Virus record (IMG/VR): IMGVR_UViG_3300045930_000291
Length of the DNA: 64,000 nt
Direction: 5' to 3' (one strand)
Source: an uncultured virus (IMG/VR IMGVR_UViG_3300045930_000291)
Lineage: Duplodnaviria > Heunggongvirae > Uroviricota > Caudoviricetes
Shown: piece by piece, positions 28,149 through 37,335 of the stretch
Numbering within the stretch: position 1 is the first letter of the stretch
Layout: each line of letters begins with the position of its first letter
The notes under the pieces: generated by a model
Seen by the model: the letters and a program-made list of their open reading frames with translations, nothing else
The model's database searches: none
Told to the model about the DNA's origin: nothing
Position numbers and translations under genes: made by a program

Positions 28149-28631
28149 ATGGCCATGGCGCTGCTCAAGTCGCTCTGGGAGTCCGGCGCGCTCGTCTTTC
28201 GCAACAGGTCCACCGATGCGCAGGTCGCGTCGCTCAGTACGTCCGGGCTGACTGTCACCAGCCTGACCGCGACGGGCACGACGCTGCTGACCGCCACCAA
28301 CCTGCGCCTGGGTACGGTCACGCAGTCGACGATCGCGTCCGGCGTCCTTACCGTGCCGGCCGGCGTCACGTACGTTCTGGCGATCTCCGAGTCCGGTACC
28401 GCGGACCAGGTCGACACGATCACCAAGTCGGACGCAGCCGACGGCGACATTCTGGTGATCATCCCGAAGAACACCGACACGATCACCTTCGACGACGCCA
28501 ACATCGACCTCGGCGCCGCCACTCGGGCGGTCGCTCCCGGTGGTGTGATCGTCCTGCTGTACAACGCCCTCGCCGTTGGCGCGGCGTCGTGGCAGGAGGT
28601 CCTGTTCCTGGCCGCGTCCGACAACGCATAA
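28149..28631 (+). CDS. Putative virion structural protein
   Basis: AGGAGG RBS; Thr-rich beta protein. Confidence 0.65.
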   Translation: MAMALLKSLWESGALVFRNRSTDAQVASLSTSGLTVTSLTATGTTLLTATNLRLGTVTQSTIASGVLTVPAGVTYVLAISESGTADQVDTITKSDAADGDILVIIPKNTDTITFDDANIDLGAATRAVAPGGVIVLLYNALAVGAASWQEVLFLAASDNA

Positions 28632-28640
28632 GGAGGCGAC

Positions 28641-28820
28641 ATGTCTACTGCTGTCGAGCGCGTCCTCGAGAACGGTCTGGCCAACGGCGAGGCCGACGTG
28701 GTGGACGCTATCCGCGAGTTGCATGAGCGGCTGGCCAAGGTGGAGGGTCCGACGCCGGTGAAGGCCACCAAGGCGACCGCGGCGAAGGCTACGTCTGCGG
28801 CGGCCGAAGAGTCGCCGTGA
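28641..28820 (+). CDS. Small hypothetical protein (absent from the ORF track)
   Basis: AAGGAGG RBS, ATG 28641, MSTAVERVLENGLANGEADVV..., stop overlaps next GTG. Confidence 0.65.
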   Translation: MSTAVERVLENGLANGEADVVDAIRELHERLAKVEGPTPVKATKATAAKATSAAAEESP

Positions 28821-29260
28821 CCGTCCAATACCACGACGCCTGGCTGGGCAACGTCGCCACCAAGGCGACGGGGACGCTGTCCGCCACGGACATCCCGCTG
28901 TTCACCGTCGCTGGCGGCCGGATCGCGCTGACCAACATCTGCGGCGAGGTCACGACCGCGGTTACCGTGGCGAACAGCTCGAAGCTGCAACTCAACCCGA
29001 CGGTCGGTGCGGTGAACGCGGACCTGTGTGCGGCGCTGGACATCGGGTCGACGGACACGCCGGTCGGGAACCTGCTCGCCATCACGGGTGTGCCCGGGGA
29101 TGCGATGATCCGGGCGGCCGGTCTGGCGCGGGTCATGACGAACTGGCTGATCCTTGATGAGGGTCAGATCGAGCAGGTTTCGGCCGGCACCGATGGGGCG
29201 ATCACCTGGACGGCCTCGTGGCTACCGTACGACGACGGTGCGACGTTGGTGGCGGCATGA
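28817..29260 (+). CDS. Putative virion structural protein
   Basis: LFTVAGGRIAL...W(L)PYDDGATL; position in head-neck module. Confidence 0.65.
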   Translation: MTVQYHDAWLGNVATKATGTLSATDIPLFTVAGGRIALTNICGEVTTAVTVANSSKLQLNPTVGAVNADLCAALDIGSTDTPVGNLLAITGVPGDAMIRAAGLARVMTNWLILDEGQIEQVSAGTDGAITWTASWLPYDDGATLVAA

Positions 29261-29469
29261 GCGAGTTCAGGACGTTGGCCGACGTGCTGCGGGCGCGGGG
29301 GAAACTCGGCCCATACGGGCCGCAGGATTCCCCGCCGGAACCGCCGGCGGTGATTGAGCCGGATCCGGCGGCGGTGCGGGCGTGGGCGGCCGAGCACGGT
29401 ATCGAGATCCGCGGCCGTGGCCCGATTCCTGAGGTGGTCCTCGAGCAGTACCGGAAGGCGGCGAGCTGA
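29257..29469 (+). CDS. Lsr2 DNA-binding-domain protein
   Basis: VRAWAAEHGIEIRGRGPIPEVVLEQY matches the Lsr2 C-terminal IRxWAxxxGxxVxxRGRIP pattern. Confidence 0.75.
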   Translation: MSEFRTLADVLRARGKLGPYGPQDSPPEPPAVIEPDPAAVRAWAAEHGIEIRGRGPIPEVVLEQYRKAAS

Positions 29470-29684
29470 TGCTGTGGATCTGCAAACAGTGCACGTGCGC
29501 CTACTCGGTGGGCGCATGGTCCTGCCCGGAGTGCGGTGCCGACGACCACATCGACGAGGGCACCGTCATCCTCGACATGGAGGAGGCTGCCGATGTCGTG
29601 GGACCAGTACCTGTCGATAGCGAAGGAAGCGGCGCAGATCCGGACGGAGGAGCGGAGCCGGCCTCCGACGGCATGCCCGAATGA
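29469..29684 (+). CDS. Small zinc-ribbon protein
   Basis: CKQC..YSVGA..CPECG. Confidence 0.6.
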   Translation: MLWICKQCTCAYSVGAWSCPECGADDHIDEGTVILDMEEAADVVGPVPVDSEGSGADPDGGAEPASDGMPE

Positions 29685-29772
29685 CGGGGAGCCGTTGACG
29701 ACCGGGCCGGACGGCAAACTGTTTTGCCGCTTCGACGGGTGGCGCCCGCAGGACGCCAGCCAACAGCTGTAG
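29593..29772 (+). CDS. Small hypothetical protein
   Basis: GGAGG RBS; MSWDQYLSI...PTACPNDGEPL...CRFDGW. Confidence 0.6.
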   Translation: MSWDQYLSIAKEAAQIRTEERSRPPTACPNDGEPLTTGPDGKLFCRFDGWRPQDASQQL

Positions 29773-29784
29773 CGAGGGGGTGCG

Positions 29785-30852
29785 GTGGACTCGTTCGCCT
29801 ACTGCACCCGCGAGGACGTCAAGCGCGCCCTCGACAGTAAGAACACCGCCCGCGACGACGCCCAGGTCGACCGGGCGGTGGCCGCCGGTCGCAGGGCCAT
29901 CGAGTCGCTGACTCACCGCCGGTTCTACCCGTGGACCGGGACCCGGTACATGGACTGGCCCAACTACCAGTACGCGCGGTCGTGGCGACTGTGGCTCGGC
30001 TCCAACGAGATGGTGTCGCTGGAGACGTTGGTTTCCGGCGGTGTCACCATCGTGGCGAACGACCGGTTCCTGCGCCGCTCCGACAACATCGACGAGGCGC
30101 CGTACACCCACATTGAGATCGACCTCGACTCGGCCGCCGCGTTCAGTGCTGGCAGCACTCACCAGCGCTCGGTGGCCCTCACCGGCGTCTTTGGCGGCTG
30201 TCCGGTCGAGGAGAACCCGGCCGGCGCCCTGTCCGGCGCGGTCGTGTCCACGTCGGCCACCAGCGTCACCGTGACCAACTCGGCCGCCATCGGTGTGGGC
30301 GACATCATCCGAGCCGACTCCGAACGCCTCATCGTCACCGATAAGTCCATGGTGGACACCGGGGTGAACATCGACGCCGGGGACAGCCTGACCGCGTCAC
30401 CGAGCGACGTGGCCATCACCATGTCCACCACCACGCTCGCACCCGTCCGGGACGAGGTCATCCTCATCGACTCCGAACGCATGCTCGTGGTCGACGTGGC
30501 CGGCAGCGTGCTCACGGTCAAACGGGCCTGGGACGGCAGCGTGTTGGCCACCCATGCGGGCAGCGCGGACATCTACGCACCGCGCACGTTGACCGTCCAG
30601 CGTGGAGCGTTGGGCACCACGGCAGCCACCCACCTCGACGCGGCCACCGTGTACCGGTACGCGCCGCCGCCGCTGGTGCGGGACCTGAACATCGCCGAGG
30701 CCATGTCCACCCTGCTGCAGGAGATCTCCGGCTACGCCCGCGAGGTCGGCTCCGGCGAGAACTCCCGCGAGGCGTCCGGCCGCGGGTTGAAGTCGCTGCG
30801 CGAAGACGTGTATGTCGCCCATGGGCGTAAGGCAAGAATGGCGGCGATCTGA
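29785..30852 (+). CDS. Head-to-tail adaptor with nested inserted beta modules
   Basis: YCTREDVKRALD N-terminus, IESLTHRRFYP; duplicated IxxDSERxxV and LTVxRxxxGxxxATH motifs. Confidence 0.75.
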   Translation: MDSFAYCTREDVKRALDSKNTARDDAQVDRAVAAGRRAIESLTHRRFYPWTGTRYMDWPNYQYARSWRLWLGSNEMVSLETLVSGGVTIVANDRFLRRSDNIDEAPYTHIEIDLDSAAAFSAGSTHQRSVALTGVFGGCPVEENPAGALSGAVVSTSATSVTVTNSAAIGVGDIIRADSERLIVTDKSMVDTGVNIDAGDSLTASPSDVAITMSTTTLAPVRDEVILIDSERMLVVDVAGSVLTVKRAWDGSVLATHAGSADIYAPRTLTVQRGALGTTAATHLDAATVYRYAPPPLVRDLNIAEAMSTLLQEISGYAREVGSGENSREASGRGLKSLREDVYVAHGRKARMAAI

Positions 30853-31112
30853 TGGAGCTCGTACCGTACTTCGAATTGACCCCGGTGGAGCGGGGCGAGG
30901 TCCACGCCTGGGTACGCGCGCACGGGCTAGAGCCGAGCAACGTTCCCATCGACGGGATCCTCGGCCGCGACGAGGCCACCAGCGAATGGCGCATCCGCGA
31001 ATACCGGACCGCCCTAGGCCACAAGTACCTCGACAGCGCCGGCGAACCAGCCAGCAGGGTGGTGCGTCGAGTCGAACGGGCACCGCTGCCGTGGAGACGC
31101 GTCGCGGCATGA
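30852..31112 (+). CDS. Hypothetical protein
   Basis: Coupled ORF. Confidence 0.6.
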   Translation: MELVPYFELTPVERGEVHAWVRAHGLEPSNVPIDGILGRDEATSEWRIREYRTALGHKYLDSAGEPASRVVRRVERAPLPWRRVAA

Positions 31113-31645
31113 CCACCCCGATCATCCCCGGTGGCGTGACCGACGTCTCCGGGGCACCGGTCCGTCGCCCGAGCGACAAGGGCAAGTTCGGTACGTTCTG
31201 GCAGCCCGGCATGGACCGCCAGAACCCCGCCCCCACCGGCGGCACCGCCGGCCCGGTGGGCGGCGCGGTGCGGGTCACCGTGTCCGGGCCGGTGTACGGC
31301 GACCCCGGCCTGCGCGGCGAGATCGGCGCACTGGTGGAGGACATCCAGTACCGCGTGGCCGCCGCGGCGCTGGAGCGGGTCCAGTACAACCTGGACCGGT
31401 CGATCCAGCATCCGACGCCGTACTACGAGACGCAGATCATGATGCAGCGCATCGACCCGGACACGGTGGTGCACGACCGGGGCATCGTCTACGGGCCGTG
31501 GCTCGAGGGCACGTCGTCACGCAACCACACCACCAGGTTCAAGGGGTACGCCAGCTTCCGGAGGGCCGTCGACGATGTCCGGCAGCACCACGTGCTACGA
31601 ATCGCCCGGCAGGTCGTGGCCGAGTTCACGCAGCGGATGAACTGA
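31109..31645 (+). CDS. Neck/tail-completion protein (HK97 gp10-like position)
   Basis: VYGPWLEGTSSRN.TTRFKGY.SFRRA. Confidence 0.65.
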   Translation: MTTPIIPGGVTDVSGAPVRRPSDKGKFGTFWQPGMDRQNPAPTGGTAGPVGGAVRVTVSGPVYGDPGLRGEIGALVEDIQYRVAAAALERVQYNLDRSIQHPTPYYETQIMMQRIDPDTVVHDRGIVYGPWLEGTSSRNHTTRFKGYASFRRAVDDVRQHHVLRIARQVVAEFTQRMN

Positions 31646-32100
31646 TGGACAGCAAGGCCATCCTCGCGGTCCCTGTGGGTCACGCCATGACATCGGGCTA
31701 CTTCGAGCGGGTCAACGGCCACGAGCCACTCAACCCTCCCGGCAACGGGCTCACGGCGGCGCTGTGGGTACAGTCGATGGGACCGGTGCCGGCCGGGTCG
31801 GGCTTGGCCGCGACCAGCGCCCGCCTGGTGTTCATGGTCCGACTTTTCGCCCCAGCAATGCAGCTCCCCACTGACGACATCGACCCGAACCTGATGGCCG
31901 CCACCGATGCGCTGATGACCGCCTACTCCGGCGATTTCGAGTTCGGCGGCCAGGTCCGCAACGTCGACCTGCTCGGCCAGGCCGGGATTGCGCTGTCGGC
32001 CGAGGCCGGATGGGTGGACTACGGCGACGGGGCCAAGTTCCGGGTCATCACCATCACGCTGCCCGTCATCGTCAACAACGCCTGGACACAGGCCCCGTAG
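31645..32100 (+). CDS. Tail terminator-like protein
   Basis: FERVNGHEP, AYSGDFEFGG.VRNVDLLG; position. Confidence 0.65.
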   Translation: MDSKAILAVPVGHAMTSGYFERVNGHEPLNPPGNGLTAALWVQSMGPVPAGSGLAATSARLVFMVRLFAPAMQLPTDDIDPNLMAATDALMTAYSGDFEFGGQVRNVDLLGQAGIALSAEAGWVDYGDGAKFRVITITLPVIVNNAWTQAP

Positions 32101-32111
32101 GAAGGTGGGCG

Positions 32112-32870
32112 ATGACGAAGCAGAACGGACTCGGGGACGCCTTCTACCTGTCCGGCTACGACCTGTCCGGCGACATCGGCTCCCTGTCCAGCATCCACGG
32201 CGGCCCGGCCCCGCTCGAAGTCACCGGCATCAACAAGTCCGCGTTCGAGCGCATCGGCGGCAAACGCGACGCCGGCATCGCCTTCATGGCGTTCTTCAAC
32301 GACGCGGCCGGACAAGCCCACCCGCGCCTGTCGCTGCTACCCACCGCCGACCAGATCGGCACCTACTGCCGGTCCACAACCCTCGGCAAGCCAGCCGCGT
32401 CGATGGTGGCCAAGCAGCCCAACTACGACCCGACCCGCGGCACCGACGGGTCGTTCATCTTCAACATAGGCACGCTCGCCAACGGCTACGGCCTCGAGTG
32501 GGGCGTCCAGCTCACCGCCGGCACCCGCACCGACGACACTGGCGCCACCAACGGCACCGGTGTCGACCTCGGCTCGGCCAGCCCGGGCGCGTTCGGCCTT
32601 CAGGCATACCTGCACGTGACCGCCTTCTCCGGCACCGACGCGACCATCAAGATTCAGGAATCGTCCGACAATGGCAGCGGCGACGCCTTCGCCGACGTAA
32701 CGGGCGGCGGGTTCACCCAGATCACATCCGGACCCACCCACCAGCGAATCGCGACTGGCGCCATCAACGTCGAGCGGTACCTGCGCGTCGTCACAGTAAC
32801 CACGGGTGGGTTCTCCAGCTTGTCATTCCAGGTGATGGCGATCCGAAACGACACCCAGGTTCTGTTCTGA
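32112..32870 (+). CDS. Tail structural protein
   Basis: MTKQNGLGD..Y..GYDLSGD, VTGINKSAFERI; position. Confidence 0.7.
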   Translation: MTKQNGLGDAFYLSGYDLSGDIGSLSSIHGGPAPLEVTGINKSAFERIGGKRDAGIAFMAFFNDAAGQAHPRLSLLPTADQIGTYCRSTTLGKPAASMVAKQPNYDPTRGTDGSFIFNIGTLANGYGLEWGVQLTAGTRTDDTGATNGTGVDLGSASPGAFGLQAYLHVTAFSGTDATIKIQESSDNGSGDAFADVTGGGFTQITSGPTHQRIATGAINVERYLRVVTVTTGGFSSLSFQVMAIRNDTQVLF

Positions 32871-33322
32871 TGCGTCAGCCATTCCGTATCGCGCCACAGC
32901 TGCCAGCCTCGGCATACAAGACGTACGCGATCTCCTCACCACTGTCGACGCACTACCGGGACGGCACATGCGACGAAGCTGGGTGCTTAGCCCACCGGCA
33001 CGGCTGGCAGACCAGTGTGGATGAAGCCACCGACCTCGGCCAGCGCCAGGCGCACTACATCCGCAAACTGTCCGGGCGCCGCTTCACGGAGAGGCGCACC
33101 GAGCTCGGCCTGACGGCGTTCACGTTCGAGGCCGGGCAGCGCTGTTTCGCGACGCCCCACAAGGTTCCGCTGGGGCGGCCGGAAATATACGTGGTGCGCG
33201 GTGGCGACTGGCGGGGCGACCCGACGCGGGGCGAGGCGACGCGGGTGCACTCGGGTCCGGATGCGTGGGTCAACGATTTCGGCGAACACCAGGACCGGTT
33301 GGCGCGCGTCGTTAACGGCTAG
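32870..33322 (+). CDS. Conserved actinophage tail-region protein
   Basis: [10 protein letters not shown]...GGDWRGDP...WVNDFGEHQ. Confidence 0.65.
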   Translation: MRQPFRIAPQLPASAYKTYAISSPLSTHYRDGTCDEAGCLAHRHGWQTSVDEATDLGQRQAHYIRKLSGRRFTERRTELGLTAFTFEAGQRCFATPHKVPLGRPEIYVVRGGDWRGDPTRGEATRVHSGPDAWVNDFGEHQDRLARVVNG

Positions 33323-33930
33323 CCATCAGATCGCCGACCCGACGGTCCATATCTCGCACGCCTCGTCGTCCAAGGGTCGCATCGGTTCTGCGCCTGCTCA
33401 CTCTTCGTCGCCCAACGACAGTTGCCCGGCTCGTAGTTGCCGTTGTTGTCGATTCGATCGAGGGTCAACCCGTCGGGGCGCGCCCCCATGTCGGCTAGAA
33501 AGTTGTCGAACGAACGCCACCGCTCGCACACCGTGATGCCGCGGCCGCCGTAGCGGGCATACGACGCATTGCTTGGATCGTCTACCCGCCAGAGCATTGA
33601 CATCCAAGTCCGCCAGGTGGAGTAGTGCGATCTCTCGCTCGGTGTACGTGTAGATCGTGTGGGCCCCTGGAGCTGGCGCTTCTCTTTGATTTTCGCCCGC
33701 GCCTCGGGCGTATGTTCGCGCCCCTCCATCGGGTGTGCGACTCGCGCATTGTGCCCGCTCACGAAGCGAGCGACTCGATTACGGCGCTCGTCCACGGCTG
33801 CGAACTGACCGCACCCGCAGGCACATAACTGGGGGCGCAGGGCCTCGCTGCCCCGCCCGCTCTGGCGGCGTTTTGTTTCCGAGATTCGCTGCTTGGTTTC
33901 TTCCGAATGTTGTCCACCGTAGACGGTCAT
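33319..33930 (-). CDS. NUMOD3-containing HNH homing endonuclease, antisense within the tail operon
   Basis: [11 protein letters not shown] and HTPEARAKI (NUMOD3); [23 protein letters not shown]...[20 protein letters not shown]. Confidence 0.85.
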   Translation of the reverse strand: MTVYGGQHSEETKQRISETKRRQSGRGSEALRPQLCACGCGQFAAVDERRNRVARFVSGHNARVAHPMEGREHTPEARAKIKEKRQLQGPTRSTRTPSERSHYSTWRTWMSMLWRVDDPSNASYARYGGRGITVCERWRSFDNFLADMGARPDGLTLDRIDNNGNYEPGNCRWATKSEQAQNRCDPWTTRRARYGPSGRRSDG

Positions 33931-33957
33931 GGACCATGAGTCTACCAACCTAAGGAG

Positions 33958-34386
33958 ATGAGTCCAACGGCAAAGGAGTCGGGTCTCGGCTGGACCACGC
34001 TGTCGATTGACGATGCCGGCGGGACCCTGCGCGATATCCGCAACGACGTGACGAACTTCAGTTTCGTCACCCCGCGCGGCGTGCAGGACGTCACCGGCAT
34101 CGACAAGTCGGCGATGGAGCGGCTGCTGCTGCTGGCCGACATGTCGATGACTAACAACGGTGTCTTCAACGACGGCAGCAACGCCAGCCATGACGTGTTC
34201 AAGACGGTGCCGTCGACCTCGGTGGCCCGCGAGTTCAACATCGCCGTGTCCGGTCAGACGCTCGGCGTGTCCGGCACACCGACGATACTGTTCACCGACT
34301 ACGCGCTCACCCGCGGCCAGGACGGCTCACTGACGTGGACCGCGCCTGGCGTGCTGGCAAACGGCGTCGTACCAACCTGGGCGTGA
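33958..34386 (+). CDS. Tail tube-like protein
   Basis: [33 protein letters not shown]; precedes the chaperone. Confidence 0.7.
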   Translation: MSPTAKESGLGWTTLSIDDAGGTLRDIRNDVTNFSFVTPRGVQDVTGIDKSAMERLLLLADMSMTNNGVFNDGSNASHDVFKTVPSTSVAREFNIAVSGQTLGVSGTPTILFTDYALTRGQDGSLTWTAPGVLANGVVPTWA

Positions 34387-34387
34387 C

Positions 34388-34855
34388 ATGGGATTTGTCC
34401 GCCAGCGCAGAACCTACCGCCTCGTCTGGAGCGAGGGCGAGTTCACTGGCCTCGAGGTTGTTGCCTCGTCGGCCAGCGTCGCCGGTTACCGCCAGATTGC
34501 CGAATGGGCGACCCGGCAATACTCGTGGCCGCCAACCACCGAGGACCTCATGAAGCTTGACGAACTGCACGAGGTATTCGGCGAAATGTTGGTGTCGTGG
34601 AACCTCGAGCGGCCCAAGCTTGACGAACACGGTCACGAGATCGTGGATGCGGACGGCAGTCGTGTTGTCGAACCGGTCCCACCTACTGTGGATGGCCTGC
34701 GGCAGCAGGACCCCGAGTTCACCCTGGCCGTCATCGTGGCCTGGATGGATGCAGTAGCGGGGGTCCCCGCCCCTTTGGGCGGTCCATCGAGCAGTGGCGA
34801 GCGGTCCTTGGAGGAGTCGCTGCCGATGGACGTGTTGTTGCCCGACCACCAGTAG
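34388..34855 (+). CDS. Tail assembly chaperone (gpG-like)
   Basis: LVSWNLE...VPPTVDGL; directly upstream of tape measure. Confidence 0.8.
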   Translation: MGFVRQRRTYRLVWSEGEFTGLEVVASSASVAGYRQIAEWATRQYSWPPTTEDLMKLDELHEVFGEMLVSWNLERPKLDEHGHEIVDADGSRVVEPVPPTVDGLRQQDPEFTLAVIVAWMDAVAGVPAPLGGPSSSGERSLEESLPMDVLLPDHQ

Positions 34856-34983
34856 AACTCGCCTGGGCCCAGTGGGTTCTGACGATGTGCCGCCAGTTTC
34901 ACTGCCTGCCAAGTCATCTTCTGGCTGAGGACGCAGAGCTGTTGCAGCTACTCGCCATCGAAGAACTCGGGGGCGGTGAGTAG
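34771..34983 (+). other. -1 programmed frameshift site (C CCT TTG, 34771-34777) and gpGT-like extension
   Basis: In-frame X XXY YYZ heptamer; -1 frame open to TAG 34981-34983 directly before the tape measure ATG, encoding ...LTMCRQFHCLPSHLLAEDAELLQLL. Confidence 0.8.
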
Positions 34984-37335
34984 ATGGCCAACGAGATCTC
35001 AATCATTGTCGGTGCCAAGGACAACACGGGCCCTGCGGTCGACTCGGCGGAACGCCGGCAGCGCAAGCTGGGCGACACCACCAAGGAGACCGGGAAGTCC
35101 TACGAGGAGGCGGGTAAGAAAGCCTCGGGTTTCGGCACCACCCTCAAGCGGATCGGCGAGGTCGCCGCCGGTGTGCTCGCCGCGGACATGCTGCAGACCG
35201 GCGCCCGCCGGGCGATGGATTTCTTCAAGTCGTCGGTGAAGGCGGCGTCCGACCTGGGTGAGTCTGTGAACGCCGTCAACAAGGTGTTCGACTCGGCGTC
35301 GGAGAAGGTCCAGAACTGGGGCAAGGAGAACGCTAACGCGATCGGCCTGTCGACGCGGGCGTTCAACCAAATGGCGACCCCATTGGGGTCGATGCTGAAG
35401 AACCAGGGTCTGAACCTGGATGACGTCACCAAGCACACCATCAAGCTGACCGAGCGCGCCGCCGACATGGCGTCGGTGTTCAACACCGATGTGACCGACG
35501 CATTGGTGGCGATCCAGGCTGGTCTGCGTGGCGAGCAGGATCCGCTGGAGCGGTACGGCGTTTCGCTGTCGGCGGTGGCGGTGGAGGCGCGGGCGCTGTC
35601 CGACACTCACAAGACGTCGACCGCGCAGCTGACGGCGCAGGAGAAGGCGCTCGCGCGGCTCAACCTGATCTACGACCAGACCGCCGACACCGCAGGCGAC
35701 TTTCGCGACACCGCAGACGGGTTGGCCAACAGTCAGCGCATCGCCACGGCGACGATCGAAGAGGCCAAGTCGAAGATCGGCACGGCGTTCATTCCGGTCA
35801 TGGCCAAGGCGGCCGAGATGACGGGCAAAGTTGCGGCGGCGTTCACCTCTCTGCCGCAGCCGGCGCTCCTGGCCACGGCAACGGCGGCCGGACTTGGTGC
35901 GGCGCTGCTGGTGATGGCGCCCCGGGTGGTGGCGACCAAAGAGGCGCTGGAAAAGATGGCTGCCTCAGATAGCCTCGCCCAGCGCAGCATGGCCAAGACG
36001 GCAACGGTGGCAGCTCGACTCGGGACGGTCCTCACGGGCGTCTCGGTTGCGGCGCTGGCGGTGAACGCGGCGGTCGGTGACGAGGGGGCACAGGTTCAGG
36101 TCGATGCTCTAGCGGAGAGCCTGGCCAACCTGGGCAGATCGAACTTGATGGCCGGCGAGGGCGCCCGGGTGTTCGGGTCCGACTTGAGCAAACTGCAGTA
36201 CGACCTGGGCACTCTTGGTAGCGGCTTCTGGGCCCAGTTCGGAAACGGCCTTGCGAGCGTCGTCGAAATGTTCGGCGACTTCGGCCAAGACCAGAGCCTC
36301 ACCAAGGCTCGAGAGCGCATCGCCGGCATCGACTCGGCGCTCGCCGCACTGGTCCAGCGTGGACGAACTCAGGAGGCTGCGGCCGCCTTTGACTTCCTGG
36401 CCGCCCAGGCTATGGATGCCGGCATCTCGGTCGACGACCTGCGGGCCGGACTGCCGCAGTATACGGGTGCCATGCAGCTGGCGGGAAAGAGCACCAAACA
36501 GCTAGGTACTACGGCAGCTGGTGCGGCCCGCGACATTGACCGCCTTGACCAGGAGATCGACGACGTCATCAACAAGACGTTCTCGTTCGAGGAGGCGCAG
36601 GACAAGGCAGCCAATGCGTTGGCGCGACTGGCTGACCAAGTGAAGGAGCAGAAAAAGGGGCACGAGAAGGGCGCCGCCTCGCTGACGGGCAACACCCAGG
36701 CGGCGCGGGATAACCGCGACGCCGTTCGGGATTTGGTCCGTCTCTACGAGGATCTGATGGTGCAGGCCGACGAGGCTGGTCAGTCGACGGCGGGGTTCAA
36801 GAAATCGCTTGAGGACCAGCTCGTCGCCATGGGTTTCAGTCGTGATGAGGCGCAGCGGTACACAAAGCAACTTGAAGACGTGAAGGCGCGGCTCGACGCG
36901 ATCCCCAAGACCACGACCATCACGATCATGACCGATGCCGAGCGGGCGATTGCTCAGGCGAGAGAAACGGATCGGGAGATCCGGGCACTGTACCGGAATC
37001 CGATCTACGTAAACGTGGTGACGAACCCGTACAGCTACGACCAGGGGCATGCCCACGGTGGCATCATGGGCGCCGCGAGTGGTGGCGCCCGGGGCGGTAT
37101 GACATGGGTGGGAGAGCGGGGCCCCGAGCTGGTGCGACTGCCGTACGGGTCAACTGTGTACCCGGCCGGTCAGTCGCAGCAGATGGCCGGCGGTGGCGGT
37201 GGCCAGGTCGAGGCGGTGCTGGTGTCGACCGAGGGCATCAGCAACGCGGCCGCGAAGGCGTTGGTGAAGTTGCTGTTCCCTGATCTGCGTGCGGTGGTTC
37301 GCGGCCTGGGTGGGCCGGACAGGGCGTTCAGCTGA
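34984..37335 (+). CDS. Tape measure protein
   Basis: Long Ala-rich helical protein; ASDLGESVNAVNKVF, LTERAADMASVFN, GERGPELV. Confidence 0.9.
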   Translation: MANEISIIVGAKDNTGPAVDSAERRQRKLGDTTKETGKSYEEAGKKASGFGTTLKRIGEVAAGVLAADMLQTGARRAMDFFKSSVKAASDLGESVNAVNKVFDSASEKVQNWGKENANAIGLSTRAFNQMATPLGSMLKNQGLNLDDVTKHTIKLTERAADMASVFNTDVTDALVAIQAGLRGEQDPLERYGVSLSAVAVEARALSDTHKTSTAQLTAQEKALARLNLIYDQTADTAGDFRDTADGLANSQRIATATIEEAKSKIGTAFIPVMAKAAEMTGKVAAAFTSLPQPALLATATAAGLGAALLVMAPRVVATKEALEKMAASDSLAQRSMAKTATVAARLGTVLTGVSVAALAVNAAVGDEGAQVQVDALAESLANLGRSNLMAGEGARVFGSDLSKLQYDLGTLGSGFWAQFGNGLASVVEMFGDFGQDQSLTKARERIAGIDSALAALVQRGRTQEAAAAFDFLAAQAMDAGISVDDLRAGLPQYTGAMQLAGKSTKQLGTTAAGAARDIDRLDQEIDDVINKTFSFEEAQDKAANALARLADQVKEQKKGHEKGAASLTGNTQAARDNRDAVRDLVRLYEDLMVQADEAGQSTAGFKKSLEDQLVAMGFSRDEAQRYTKQLEDVKARLDAIPKTTTITIMTDAERAIAQARETDREIRALYRNPIYVNVVTNPYSYDQGHAHGGIMGAASGGARGGMTWVGERGPELVRLPYGSTVYPAGQSQQMAGGGGGQVEAVLVSTEGISNAAAKALVKLLFPDLRAVVRGLGGPDRAFS

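Noticed and set aside
25477..28990. Long minus-strand ORFs (25477-27693, 27479-28990, also 21020-22357, 22437-23840, 24291-25823, 59165-60877)
   Set aside because: Antisense shadows of well-supported GC-rich genes; no motifs or RBS
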